DNA of 64,000 nt from Selaginella moellendorffii (GCF_000143415.4 NW_003314270.1:2287048-2351047), one strand, 5' to 3'; shown: positions 24,278-39,149, numbered from the stretch's first letter. Made by a program: numbers and translations. The notes: a model not told the origin generated them from the letters alone.

Positions 24278-25553
24278 TTAATCTGTGACATCAAATGATG
24301 CCGCCAGCGATCTGGAAACGAGCTTCTTGCTCTGCTAAGCATGACGAGCAAACGATCTTGTATATCCGCTGTCCCTTGCATAATGCTAGTAGAGAATAGA
24401 GCTAGAATGAAGTGAGACACAACCGTGTACCTTGTTGTGGAGGCATGGGCGATTATGTTGCACTTGCAACGGCAGACCCGTCAACTTGTGCCACAACAAG
24501 ACAGGACCACCACCACTCCAAACTGCAAAGCGAAATGTTACTCTAGATTTTGAAGGCAAACGAAATCGAGAGCTTACCTCGTCTGCCAGTTTCTGTAGGC
24601 TTCTTAAGAACGTAGCAGAGGTCGAAAAATCGGCCAGATACAGAGCAGTCGCCTCTCATCAAGACAAACCTGCGAGGAGTGCTTAACATATCAAGGAAAA
24701 TGGTTACCTCGATTCATGTGATTGATGATCAGTGTTGTATGCTCTCGCCTAGGCAATACCAAAACATCTGCTTCAGCCCATATCTATGCAAAGCAAACGA
24801 TCATACGAGATCACGAAAAAGAAAGAAAAGCGTGATCCAACCTCTCGGCGACTTGCAACAATCTGTGTGGCCTGAAAGTTCCTTCGGCATCATGTACAGT
24901 GCTTTGTCTTCACCGCCTCCTTGATCTAATGGCAGCTTTTACATAGACACAAAACTCAGTGATCCATGAAGTGAAAATGAAGAAGATACATACCTGACAT
25001 GTTACACAAAGCGTGTGACACAACTGGGTCTTTCCAGTCCGAAACTCTCCATAGATCTCCGTTATGGAGCCCGTCTCAATGCCCCCTTCCAGGATCTTAT
25101 CGAGTTCTTTGGACCCCGATGTTATTTGGATGATCTCGGATCGCTGCTCGTGCATTTGTGCCGCACTTGTGAATCCCATCGGAACAAGCTTGGTCGCTAC
25201 GCAAGTTCCATAGAACAATGAGAAAAAAACAAAAAACAAAACAGAACCAAAATGTACATACCCGCTTCAGTGATCTTGTCGACCTTAGCCTCGCTTATGC
25301 CTTTGATCTTGAGCAGCTCCTTCTTGGGCGAATAGGCCACCGCTTCGACGGTACAAAACCCTGCCTCTCGGAGCTTCTTGACATCCACCGCGGAAATGCC
25401 ACAGTGCTGCACACAGGGAGATTTCTGGAATAAGCGCCGCCCGATCGATCGATCGACACTTACCTGGAGCTGCTCCACGAGCGATGGTCCGTGCTGGACA
25501 TGTGGCTGCTCGTCCACATTCATCGCCGTGGCGCCCTTGTCCATGGCGCTCAT
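24278..25553 (-). pseudogene. RAD51: RAD51 pseudogene copy 1
   Basis: 5' half nearly identical to the intact copy at 48-49.6 kb; 3' exons carry several deletions. Confidence 0.88.
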
Positions 25554-25760
25554 CGCCGCTGCTTGGATGCCCTAAGCTAGATCACTCCTAAAGCGGAGAG
25601 AGCGTGTAGTATAAAACCTATCTAGATTTCCTCCTATTGGCCAGTGTTTGAAATGCAAGCCCGCCATAAAAGGGGCACCTTTAGATTCTATGCTTTATGC
25701 CCTTCCACGTGGGTAGGGAATATAATCCGCTTCAGCTGAAGCCCTTACAGTTGCTGCTTC

Positions 25761-26180
25761 TTAGAGCAGCGATGGCGGGGGTAGAAATTCATCGCTGCTC
25801 GATCTGTGGGCGATTGAGCTGCTCTTTCGCCGCATCTCCGAGAGCTTCGTGACGAGATCCATGGCCTTGATCCTCCAGAGAGAGGCGCGACTGGTAGTGA
25901 GTCTCCTGGCTCGCGGCCACAGATCTTCGCCGGCTTTGATCATCGCGAAGAAGAAGAGCCTATAGATGACGATCATGCTGAAAACCACGGCGATGTTGGC
26001 CCATTTTGAGCGCCGGATGTCCACCTGGTAGAACTTGGACAGGATGAGGCCGCCGGGAATCGCTGGCAGAGCAGGGAACTTGTTCGAGAAACCACCGCTC
26101 TAGAACTCGTTTTGAGAGCTGAGGTAGGAAACCGGGGACTTCCAGAAAACCTGTTGAAGAACCAGGCTACGAGCATGAAG
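25761..26180 (-). pseudogene. ABCG transporter last-exon fragment
   Basis: Duplicate of 49831-50300. Confidence 0.88.
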
Positions 26181-26406
26181 CCACGAGTTTTGAGTCGGTG
26201 TAGTAATGTTTAATTTTCTTTGGTTTCTTTATTCCCAATAGTGATATATCTTATTTATACTCATTTTTCAAGGTAGCTATCAGTTTCATTTACGGGTTAT
26301 AGTCCACACATTTTTCTTTCACTCTTTTATAATCAAAACCGTTAATATTTTCGAAGATCTAAATACTGTAAGGAATATTTCCTGAATATCCAGGTAATAT
26401 CTTGCT

Positions 26407-27821
26407 CTATATTAATTTTCTTGGTGCTGATCTGTTCTTCCTCCTCGGAGGTTCTTGAGAAGCAGGAGGATCTTGAGGGAGATCTTTCTCAAAACCTGAA
26501 AGAAAAAGAAAAAGAGGTTTAGATGTCACATTTTAAGATTTACTCACTTTCGAGGGGATGAGCCTCGTTCCATTCATCAATGGGTGTCTTCCAGGTCACT
26601 GGAGCAAACTGGACGACTCGGTTCAGATGGATGGCAGCTTGTTTGCCTGCAAGTGCGTTTGGTAATCAAACAGAAATAAAAGGGAGAGAAAATCTTACAT
26701 AGGAAGACTTCGCGCATGCATTCCGAGGCATTAGAATGGAGTTTTGCTCTGTGAAACACCTTGTCCAGGTCTGCAGTCTTTTGACATTGAAGATGTCTGC
26801 CATGAAAAGATTGCAGCTTGCGCTTCCTGTCTGTGTCTCCTCTACCAAGCCTCCCGAGGAACGTACTCGTGACAACGCCAGCCAAGATCCCACCATCGTC
26901 AAACACGGGAGCACCTGTGTCTTGCACAACCGACGCAGGTAGAAAAGCTTCTGGATCGATGGAGAAGACGTTGACAAGATTCATATGCTCATGACTGCCG
27001 AACGTGTACAGCCGCTCGAACAATGGAAGATTGCCTGCTTCCATTTTCAAACACCCTTCCAAAGCTTGCAAGCAATGGGCTTGCGGCTCCAGGCACACGA
27101 CCGAGGATGAAAGGCGAGCACCAACCTTGCACTCATAGGAAACTCCTCCTTTGATGCGTGGAAAGCTCACCACGATCGCCTTTCCTTCTGCCTTGCGACC
27201 ACCACAAAGGATCTCGTCGATGCATCGAAGAGCTGTGATACAGCTTCCATCTGGCCTGATAAGTGTCACCATTCCCTTGCAATTCTTGACGCTGGAAGCT
27301 TCTGCCTTGCTGGTTATGTGTACTGTCCCGACGAAATTGGCCACTTCCTCTCGCAACACACTCGGGTTGCCAACCAAGTCTCTGATCGAGTACGAATACA
27401 TACTTGATCCATCATAAAACTCTTTGAACAGCGCTTTCTGGCACAGCTTGGAGAGAGCGATGAGGTGCTCTGCTCTCTTCCGCTGCTCGCGAGCTCTCGC
27501 AATTCCAATCCCGAGCTTCGTCTTGGCCAATGCCGCCTCTGCTTCTTCCTCGGAGGGCCGATTCCTCTTACCCGTGATGACGAAGGGACTCTGCTGGGAC
27601 TGGCCATCTCCATCGCCATTGGGATCGGGAGCGATTTGCTCCACCGCCATCACTGAATTCCCATTCGCGTCCTTGAAGAGAGCGATCTGACCTATACGGA
27701 GTGTGGCGGCATCCAGTCCCCAGTGTGCCGCAATGCTGTCCACCATCAGATGCTTCGAATCGTGGAGAGGAACGCGCAGCGCCTCGCCTTCTCCATCCTT
27801 CCTCACCCACACGCAATCCAT
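26407..27821 (-). CDS. Uncharacterised protein: putative Ubl-like N-terminus plus catalytically dead trypsin-like domain (paralog A, 3 exons)
   Basis: Long open exon with CITALRC and QDTGAPVFDDGGILAGVV; two further exons splice in frame to TAG at 26407. Confidence 0.7.
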
Positions 27822-28173
27822 GGAAAGAGCCCTAATCGTCTTCACTAAAGCCGAAGTGCGAAGTATTATTTGTTAATACTAAACAAGAATAAATAGCAAA
27901 TCATGTGTTATTGCACGTAACATGCAATATATTATTATAATTTTTCGACCTTCTTAATGTTAGATAATTTAAATACTTATTATATATATGTCCTCAAGAT
28001 GGTTGCATAGAGACAAAGTAAGTTCTATTTGGTTAAGAACTAAAATCCTGGAAGCTAAATTAGTAGTCTTTGGAAGTGCAATGGAAAAAAATTGCCATTT
28101 CGTCACTGCTAAGGCTCGGCTCATTCATTTAAAAGTGAGTAAAGCTTTATATATTTTTTATTTTTCCTTATAA

Positions 28174-29677
<1,504 letters not shown>

Positions 29678-29863
29678 AAATCAAATTTTGCGACACCAGC
29701 GACGCAGATTTTCTACGTTGGTTTTGTTTGCGATAGAAATGAGAAAAGCTTTAGATCATTTGAAGTATAGCTTTTCTACATTGGTTTTGTTTGCAAGAGA
29801 TTAAAAATGATATCTTTGAGAAACGTTTTTAGATAATTTGAAGATGTTTTATTTGATTTGATC

Positions 29864-31962
29864 TTAGAGGCTGTGTGCCTCGAGGCCGGAGTGGAGGAGG
29901 GGATCGCTGATAACTTGCGGTTTGAACGCGTGCTTTGTATACTCATTGAAAAAGTTGGCATACAGATCATAGCGAGCGGTCATCCGGAGGCCCCATTTGT
30001 CTCGGACTTGCTGGCACAGATTCAAGTCGGCATCCACGACCATGAGCCCGTCCTGGAGCCTCGAGAGGCTCGGCGTGCACGAAGAGTCCGGGGCCGCCAC
30101 ATAGCTCGACCCGTAAAAGTGTCCAAACCCCTTGTGAGCCGGCTTCCCGTCACCCGACGTGAAAGCTCTCGGGAAAACCTCGGTGCCAACCCGGTTGATC
30201 GCGGCCACGAAGTAGCTGTTTGCTATTGCAGCGTTTCTCGCCTGGACAATGGATGGATGATCCAAAAGAGATTTTTGATTGCGATGAAGGGAAAAAAGAG
30301 TTTTTTCGTGCTTACCTCGATCGGCCACATTGGCTCGCTCAAGTCACCCACTGTTGCCGAGGGATTAAACACGATCTCCGCTCCGTTCATCCCAAACGCC
30401 TGCCAGTTGAGAGTGTGGTGCCTCCCGTAGCATATGTTTACCGCGATCTTTCCATACGCGGTCTCAAACACTGGATGGCCGGTGTTGCCTTCCATGTAGT
30501 ACGTGCTCTCGTTGAAGTCTCCAACGCGAGGGATATGGTTCTAGCAAATGGAGGAGGATTTTCAGAGACGAGAGAGAACAGAGAAAGAGCCTGACCTTTC
30601 TGTGCTTTCCGATCACGTTTCCATTGTTTCCAATCACCACGGCCGTGTTCCACAAGGTTCCACCGTGGACTTCGTCGCGCTCCAGGATGGGGCTGATGAT
30701 CACCATCTTAAACTTGCAAGCGAACATTTGCAAGAACTTTGTCGACGTGCCTTCCTCCGCGCTCTCGGCAAACTCGCACCATGTTTTCTCCCGCGTACAA
30801 AACGCGAAAGGCATCGTCCAAGCCTCCTACATCGAGAAAAGAAGAAAGATGGGTGTTGAGATGGAAAATGCAAAAAGCTTCCCTTCACCTGCAAGCAAAG
30901 TATGTTGACACCAGCAGTTCCAGCAGCTTCGATCAGATCCCCGACTCTCTTCATGATGGCTCGCTTCTGATCCGCAAAAGGAGCATCAGTTGGGAGAACT
31001 ATGGCGTTCTGGATGACGCCTATACGAACAATACGAGGAGCTCGCAACTCTTCCTCGGCAGCAGTAAACCTGTAAGCCTTCAAAGAAGACCCACATAAAA
31101 GTTGGTCTAGAAAAACTTTGAAAAAGAAAATAGATAAGTACCTGGAGATCAAAGTCGGCAGCAGTAGACATTGCCATTACTGCTGGAGGCAAAGGCAGCA
31201 TTCCTACGACACTCCCATTGTTTAATCCCAAGATCATCCTGCTTGCTTCCTAGGATCAGTGTTATCATCTGACAAAACGGAGAAACAATAAAGAAGTACA
31301 AAACTCTTTTTTACCTTGAAAACACCCGGTGGAAGATGATGCTTGAGCAGCCTATATAGCGAATCCGAGCCACCATCCTGAGGAACATCGCCAAGAGCAA
31401 CCACGCCACCTCCAACTCTCTCCAGATCCTCCACATCGCAGGCCTGCTCGTCCCCGCTCAGCTCTCGATCCGCGGCTCTCTTCAAGAAAGGAGTCGTTCG
31501 CTTCTTCTTCATGAGCCCAAACAAGCTGCTCATCTTCTCGTAGAACACCCACGTAGAATTCCCCATCCCTGTGGTGCTCGCCTTGAGCTGCTCGTTCTTA
31601 AACTTCCGCTTCATCTTGTCGATCTTGCTCTTGAGCTGCAGCACAGTGCGCAGCGTGCCGCCGCAGCGCCGGTAGAGCGACTCGCCAACCTCGGCCCACT
31701 CGCGATCGCTCAGCCCGGTGCAGCCACCACTCCTCGTCTCGATCCACTTCTCGTAGTAGATGTCGAGCAGCGCAAACGCCTCCTTGTCCGTCCATGCAGT
31801 GCACGGAGCGCGCTTGCGAGCCGAGAGCGCGACTTTGCTGCCGCACTGCGCGACCTCCTCGTCGTTGAACTCGTCGTTCTCTTCCTTTGGATGGAGCTCG
31901 TCGACGTCATTTGGATCCATGGAGGAGCAGTGCACCACTCTCTCCTCGTCGTGAATTTCCAT
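29864..31962 (-). CDS. PYD3: Beta-ureidopropionase with in-frame N-terminal trihelix/Myb-SANT-like domain
   Basis: Nitrilase triad motifs QEAW, KHRKNHIP and NICYGRHH. Exon 1 (31315-31962) holds the WT..E..LL...W..V...KIDKMKRKF...W..Y trihelix pattern and the PYD3 N-terminal DSLYRLL segment. Confidence 0.9.
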
Positions 31963-32725
31963 CGCAAAAGCCAGTCTTGCAGATCCCTTTGTCCTCCTGG
32001 AAGAAAAGGAGATGGAGATGAGCTAAGCCCCGCGGAAAAAAAGGGAAAGAAAGAAAAGGAGAGGCTCGAATGAAAAGAATGCATGAATTCGTGGAGATGA
32101 GGTGGATCCCTTGGGCGGAAGAACCGTGACGAAGTTTTTTTGGCACGAGGAACCATCGCCCAGATCTATAACAAAACTGGCACATACCTAAGCAGCGAAC
32201 GCCCGGCCCAGTGCTGTATTTCGCCCCTCCAAAACGCTCGGCAAAACGCTCGCGAGCCCCAAAAACTCTTTCTCTTTCCGGGCCCGCTGGGATCGAACCC
32301 CGGACCGCACGCCACGCGGACAAGTCAATGGGTACACGTCACATCACGCGTCCTGGCGCCACGTGTTCACCACCTAGATGGCTTTTTAGGGTTCTTGGCG
32401 AGCGCAGCGCGCGCGAGCTGGGGCCGGTGGGTACGATTGGAAGGTACTTCTCTAGGTAGCATCTGGCCGCCGAGGCATTTGAATTCGCGTGGGCGAACGA
32501 TTAGAGAGAGGCTTTATCTTTTCGTTCTCCTTCCCCCCTCTGGATGATGGTGATGATTTTATCTTGGCTCTTTAACTCTTCCAGTACCCGATCCCTCTTT
32601 TCCAAGTCCTTGGAGTTTCCGCTTCTGAGGCATGATGGCTCTCACATCTCGCTCGCTCTCGTTTCTCCTTTTTCGCTTTATCTCGTAGAGTCTTGACGAG
32701 CAAAGAAAAAAGAGGAAAGTGGATC

Positions 32726-35075
32726 ATGGCTTGCAGCAGCTCCTCAGGATCGCGGAGACCCAGCGCTTGCCTGCTCGATTTCGTCGACGAGCACATTCTG
32801 CTCGAGGTCCTGGGAAAGATCTCCGACAGTTTCGACCGGAGGAGCTGGCGGATGGTCTGTAGAACTTTCTACAAATTGGAGTGTAGTGTGCGCAGGCGGC
32901 TCCAGCTTCTCCGGGCCGAGCTCCTCCCCCAAGCTCTCGATCGATACGAGCGCTTGGAGGAGCTCGACTTGACGTGCTGCGCCGGTGTCACGGATGAGAA
33001 TCTCATCCATGTCGCGGATAAAGCTGGGAAGCGGCTGGCAGCCATCTATCTTAACAGGATCTGTGGGTTCACGAGCACTGGCCTGCGCTACTTATCTCAA
33101 CACTGCCTCTCGCTCGTAGAGATGGATCTTAGCTATTGTTCTTATGTGGAAGACGATGGACTTCTCGGCTTAGCCCGGCTCAACCGGATAGAAAAACTTA
33201 AGCTCACTGGCTGCATTAGAGTCACAGACATGGGATTGGAGAGCTTAGCAGCAGGATGTCACAGGCTGAAAACTCTCGTCCTCAAAGGCTGTGTGGCGAT
33301 CACTGATGCTGGCATTAAGCTCGTCGCTGCTCGCAGCGAGGAGCTAATGATCCTTGATCTTTCCTTCACTGAGGTAGTGGCATTTCTTTTTTTGTTTGTT
33401 CCCTTTTTTTTTTTTTTTTCTTTCGAGTAGCTTTTGTACTGTAAAGCTATCATTTCTTCAGGGTGCTAGCTAAGTGTCTCTGCTTTTGCAGGTAACGGAC
33501 GAAGGTGTTAAGTATGTTTCGGAGCTCAAGGCACTGAGAACTCTAAATCTCATGGCCTGCAACAATGTTGGAGATAGAGCTCTTTCGTATCTGCAGGAGA
33601 ACTGCAAGTCGCTTGTGGTAAGACTATAGCACAATATTCCTCTTTGGTGATTTCATTTTGGTGTGTGAAGGATTTGGACGTTTCTCGTTGTCAAAACGTG
33701 AGCTCTGTTGGGATTGCAGCATTGCCAACGTTGCTCACCTTACATCTCTGCCATTGCTCTCAGGTTCTTGCTCTTCTTTCCCGATTCTTTCTGAGATAAA
33801 TGCGAGACAAAACTCTTACTTTCGTTCCAGGTAACTGAAGACGCTTTCCTCGACTTTGAGAAACCGAACGGCATACAAACGCTGCGGCTGGATGGTTGCG
33901 AATTTACGCACGACTCGCTCGATCGCGTCGCGGCGGGATGCCAAGAACTCAAGGAGCTCAGCCTGTGCAAAAGCCGAGGGGTGACGGACAAGCGCATCGA
34001 TCGACTTATCACGTCATGTAAATCCTTGAAGAAGCTCGACCTTACTTGCTGCTTCGACGTCACTGAAATCTCGCTCCTGTCTATCGCCAGGAGCAGCACC
34101 TCCATCAAGAGCCTCAAGCTGGAGTCGTCCCTCATGGTCAGCGACAACAGCCTTCCTATGGTTTTCGAGAGCTGCCATCTTCTCGAGGAACTCGATGTCA
34201 CAGATTGCAATCTTACAGGTGCTGGTGAGTTTTCTCATACCGGTGGTTCTTCCTTGTTTTTAACTCGCGTGGTTTCTTTTTATCTTCTTTTTTCCAGGGC
34301 TTGAGCCGATCGGAAATTGTGTCCTTCTCAGGGTCTTGAAGCTGGCATTTTGTAACATCTCCGACTATGGGATTTTCTTCGTTGGAGCTGGTTGTCACAA
34401 GCTTATGGAGCTTGATCTCTACAGGTTCTCTCTCTTAAGTTTTTACTCGTAAAGAGATTAATTTGATCTCGTGCAGGTGTCGATCTGTCGGAGATGCCGG
34501 AGTGATCTCGGTCGTCAACGGCTGCCAGGACCTGAGAGTACTGAACTTGTCCTACTGCTCTCGAATCTCGGACGCGTCCATGACAGCCATAGCTCGCCTC
34601 AGCAAGCTCAGCCAGCTAGAGATTCGAGGATGCACACTCGTCACTTCCGACGGCCTCACGCAAGTCGCGGCGGGATGCAAGCGGCTCGTGGAGCTAGACA
34701 TCAAACGCTGCACGAGAATAGGCGATCCCGGACTACTTGCGCTAGAACACTTGTGTCCGGACCTGCGACAGGTTGATCTCTTTAGTTCTTCAAGTTCTCA
34801 TCTTTGTTTCGTTCTTCCAGATCAATGTGTCCTACTGCCCGCTCACGAACAACGGGATGATGGCGCTCGCCAAGCTCGGCTGCATGCAAAACATGAAGCT
34901 CGTCCACCTCAAGAACGTCTCCATGGAATGCTTTGGAAACGCGCTGCTCAACTGTGGAAGCCTCAAGAAGGTGAAGCTTCTTTCCTATGTCAAGCAGTCC
35001 TTGGCTTCCGGGGTGGTGGAGCAACTGGAAAATAGGGGGTGCAGGCTGCGATGCATGGACAAGCCAGATTCATAG
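32726..35075 (+). CDS. F-box/LRR-repeat protein (FBL3-like)
   Basis: N-terminal F-box (DEHILLEVL...WRMVCRTF) followed by many cysteine-containing LRRs; multi-exon. Confidence 0.9.
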
Positions 35076-35146
35076 GACCTGTGACTAAGTAAAAGAAAAC
35101 AAAGGCCTTAGATTTTGGAGCATCAGAGTAGACAAGCATTGTTTCT

Positions 35147-35858
35147 CTAGACAAGTACACAGGTTTTTGCTCTAGGAGCTGACCTTCTAGGAGCTGATCC
35201 GGTCTTGGATCTCCTGCTTGGAAGCTCTTGAGGGAGATCCTTCTCAAAGCCTAGAAAAGAGATATAGATGTTAGATTTCCAGATGCAAACTTTCTACTTA
35301 CTTTCAACTGGATGAGCTTCCTTCCATTCATCAATCGGTGTATTCCACGTCACTGGAGCAAACTGCACAACCCGGTTCAGATGGATGGCAGCTTTTGCCC
35401 CTGCAAGTGAATGTAGTAATCCAATAACACAAAAATAGAAGAGGATCTTCCGAGGCATTGCGATAAAGTCTTGCGTGCTCAAACTCCTTGTCCAAGTCTG
35501 CAGTCTTTTGGCATTCCAGATGCCGCCCTTGAAAAGATTCCAGCTTGCGCTTCCTGTCCGTGAGCTTCCCAAGAAACGTGTTTGTAACAACACCGAGCAC
35601 CGAGGTCTTGCACAGCCGACGCAGGCAGAAAAGCCTCTGGATCCACCGAGAAGACGTTGATAAGATCCATAGACTTGTGGCCACCAAACGTGGACAGTCG
35701 CTGGAACAATGGAAGACTGATTACTTCCATTTTCAAGCACCCTTGAAATGCTTGCAAGCACAGTGGGCTTGCGGCTCCAGGCACACCACCGAAGAAGACA
35801 GACGAGCACCAACCTTGCACTCGTAGAAAACTCCTCCTTTGATGCGTGGAAAGCTCCA
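35147..35858 (-). pseudogene. 3' fragment of the dead-trypsin family (paralog C)
   Basis: Near-identical to 45958-46735 but with deletions; the 5' part is missing. Confidence 0.85.
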
Positions 35859-36189
35859 CGCTTCTTCCACCTTGCACTAAACAGTGAGTCTACCCTAAAA
35901 TCTATCTTTGCGAAATGTCTCCTCATCCCGGCTTGCTGCATCATCGCCATGCACTGTCCATAGCCGAGTTCCCATGCGCAATCTATTGAGCTGGATTTCC
36001 TAGAAACACAGCAAGGGCAGATCCTTTGTTTGTTGATGTCAAGGTCCAAGTAGAACCCTTTTGCTTATTTGGATTCCCATAGAATTTTTATTTTACTATA
36101 ACAACATTATTCTGAATATATAGCTTATAGTTTCTTCCTTTCAATATTTTTTTTTACCAAAGAATAAGAACTGTATAATCCTTTTATTA

Positions 36190-36830
36190 TACCATAATAT
36201 ATTTTCATTGCATTTCATGTCAATTCAATATGATTTATTTGAACTCTAGTAATTTGATCAATAAAATTTGGGAGTGATTAACTTGAAGCTTAACTAATTC
36301 AAACACTGAATCATAATAGCAATATTGATTATTAGTTAATAATAAAAATAAAAGAAATAGAACTTACCTATATAATATATTAGTTAAGTTTGTAATAAAC
36401 ATTTAATGTGAATCACATTCAATTTACCCATTGATCTTTTACTCTTCTACCATGATTATATTACCACTTAGTAAACTTCCTTTCATCAATTTCCACAATT
36501 CTTCTTGGACTGACAATCTTTTGACTATCTCATTGTAATATGATAATTTCAATTCATTATCATGTGCTCATTTTTAATATTATACTCAATATGAGTTTGA
36601 CTTTATGGCATTTTAATGCATTAACACTTGAATCATTTGAGTAAATGTGAAATTACTATGTGCAAACTAAAAGATCTTGGGGTATTACAATTTTTACAAT
36701 TCCACTTGAAGCCATCTTTACAACCTCAATTATCAAGTTGATATCTCATTTGTCAATAACATCTTTCACATTCTCTCTCTTCTAAAAGAAAATCAACTAT
36801 AATACAAATTTATTATTATTAGTTTTTCAA
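36190..36830 (-). mobile_element. Fossil Merlin/IS1595(ISXO2)-type DDE transposase
   Basis: Minus-strand translation gives, in order: CERC...CKDGFKWNCKNC zinc ribbon; IVEIDERKFTK..YNHGRRVKDQWV; VNHS..FIDQITRVQINHIELT*NAMK. Confidence 0.75.
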
Positions 36831-37614
36831 ATAATACTAGCAAAAGAAAAATATTATTTTAAGCATGATCTACATATTCCATTCTAGTTAGGAATAGTAT
36901 GTACAGCTGTAACAGTTGTCATAATAAAATAATATAGTTTTATAAAAGATAAGTTCTCATGAACTTTGTCTTTTTTAAACAATTCAATCTTATAGAAACT
37001 TTTAACTTAGATATTTACGTATTTTAATATTTTAAAGTTTGCTATTTGTTCAATTTAGATCTCCTTTGTATAATACTTAAGAGAGTGAATGAAATAAGAA
37101 AGAAACTATAGAAAGGAACAAAAACATAAAACACAATGAGAAAAAACCTAAGCTAAACATATATTATAGCTGTTCATCTTAATTATAAAATTATAGTGAT
37201 TAAACATTTAAGGCACAGCACTAAGTATGAACAAAAGGAATGAGCAGTGGGCATAGCAAGATGGTAACTATGTAAGAGAGGGCAGGCAGGGGGGGAGCTA
37301 GATTGTGCATTTGTACTCTTAAACCTAAGAATTGTGTTAATTGCTTTATATGCATGAAAAGTGAGTAGACTTTATTGATGTCCTTAATGCTTTCCTCTTC
37401 GTTTTTGGTAGGCCAAGGCCACTAAGGGAAGTCTCTTCCCTAATCTTGGTGAGCCGCTCTTTGGCAAGCCATCTCCACCCACCTGAATGTCCAAAATCCA
37501 TTGCATCTTGTCCTTTATGTAAGACTACATGAAGATTATAAGCAGCAAGTTTGGAAGATTGAGTAGGATGTTGTGGCAATTTGTAGTTCTTTGTGATGCT
37601 CTTATAGTGACAAT

Positions 37615-37945
37615 GAGGATGGGGGTCATTTCATTCTCTAGCACTCAGTTGAGGAATGAGAAGCACTCGATGTCTAGTATATATACCTTGTTGAACCCCT
37701 AAACCTTCACTTGGCGACTTTATTGGTGATTTGCTCCCAAGTGAAATCAGTATCACCTATGAGGAGGGTTAGGAATCTAGAAGAAGATAAGGAGAAAAAT
37801 GATATTAACTTGCTGTTGATCACATTGATTTAGTCATGCAATATCACAATGTGGATGTGAACCAAGTTTGTACTTTAGTTGCACTATAGTCTTTGGAACG
37901 AGCAAATGATTGGCCAAGCTTGGTGATCTTCCCAAGCCTTGGATC
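37615..37945 (-). pseudogene. Degenerate inverted RUVBL2 fragment
   Basis: GKITKLGQSFARSKDYSAT, plus nucleotide similarity to ~28800-29260. Confidence 0.8.
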
Positions 37946-39149
37946 ACATTGCCACTCTTTTAACATCTTAGTTGTCTTAGGCATAAGCTTCCCAAAGTCA
38001 AATGCCACTCCAACCAAGATGATCAATTGATTGTGAAATGTTTGTCTCTATTATGAGAATATCTATAGGTGCTAAAAGTGAGGCTTTGTTCACCTTAGCT
38101 ACATGGTCACAATTTGCAGTCACACCTCTTTGATATAGACCATAAACTCAAAGAGAAGAAGATACAACTCTTTGAACCTTAGAATGATATAATGAATTTT
38201 TTTTTCTAGCTTTAATTGTTAATCTCCCTACCTTTGACTCCTGCCATTCTAGAAAATTATATAAAACACACACTCATGGAAAAATGAGCTAGTTAACTAA
38301 CAACCTAGGGCAAACTACCTATTTGCTAAACAACAATGTGCTTAGTATTGGCTATGAATTGATTTGTGAGATTTTTGGGGTTAATTTTTGGATTAGGTAA
38401 TTTCTGCTATATCAATAGAGGGTGCTTGTATGTTTTATATTGTTCTTCCTCATGATTATGCTTCTCTAAGAAAATGTTACTCTCATAATCACAACTTCCA
38501 TAAATATACTTGGTTGCACAGATGTTGGGCTGGATTAATATGAAAATGTGTAGTGGATATAGTGCTTCATTAAGGGGGTTCACATGGGCAATTTAAGTTC
38601 TTTTGAAGTGGTTTAATACATCATTTTCATAAGCAAAATGCACACTCTAACAAGAAGTTGATTGACAAAAAATAGTTCAACATTTCACAATTGAATAGAG
38701 GTCTACTTTGAAATGAGTCTTACTTCCCTAAAGTGTAGCAAATGGCTCTAGTTTCATAAAGCAATCAATTAGGAGGCATGAGTAATGTCAAACCTTCTAT
38801 GCTTAAGAGAGTTTTACTAATCTTTATGGGATATTGAGGAATGTATATTTATGTCTTAACAAATCTAATATATATCAAAATAACTCTCTTATCATGTATT
38901 GCATTTCTCTTTCTTTTCCTAATTGATTTCTTAATAGATATAGGCATACTCGAGAGCATACAAACGGCTACTATAAAGTCTATTATAGCTGAATCTAAGT
39001 AAGAAGTTTTTTATTTTCCTAACAAGTTTGTTACACAAATGAGGTAAAGCTTATTACTCTTATTGCCATGAATATTAGTGTATGGAAAGAATAAATCAAG
39101 TATAAATGATATTATAAATCAATGCTAAAACCTATTTTATTTATGATAT

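Noticed and set aside
32275-32350. B-box-like GGTTCGATCCC (minus strand) as a tRNA or SINE
   Set aside because: Could not build a cloverleaf or find an A-box.
37340-39100. Other possible gene fossils at ~37.4 and ~38.8 kb
   Set aside because: No recognisable motifs by manual translation.
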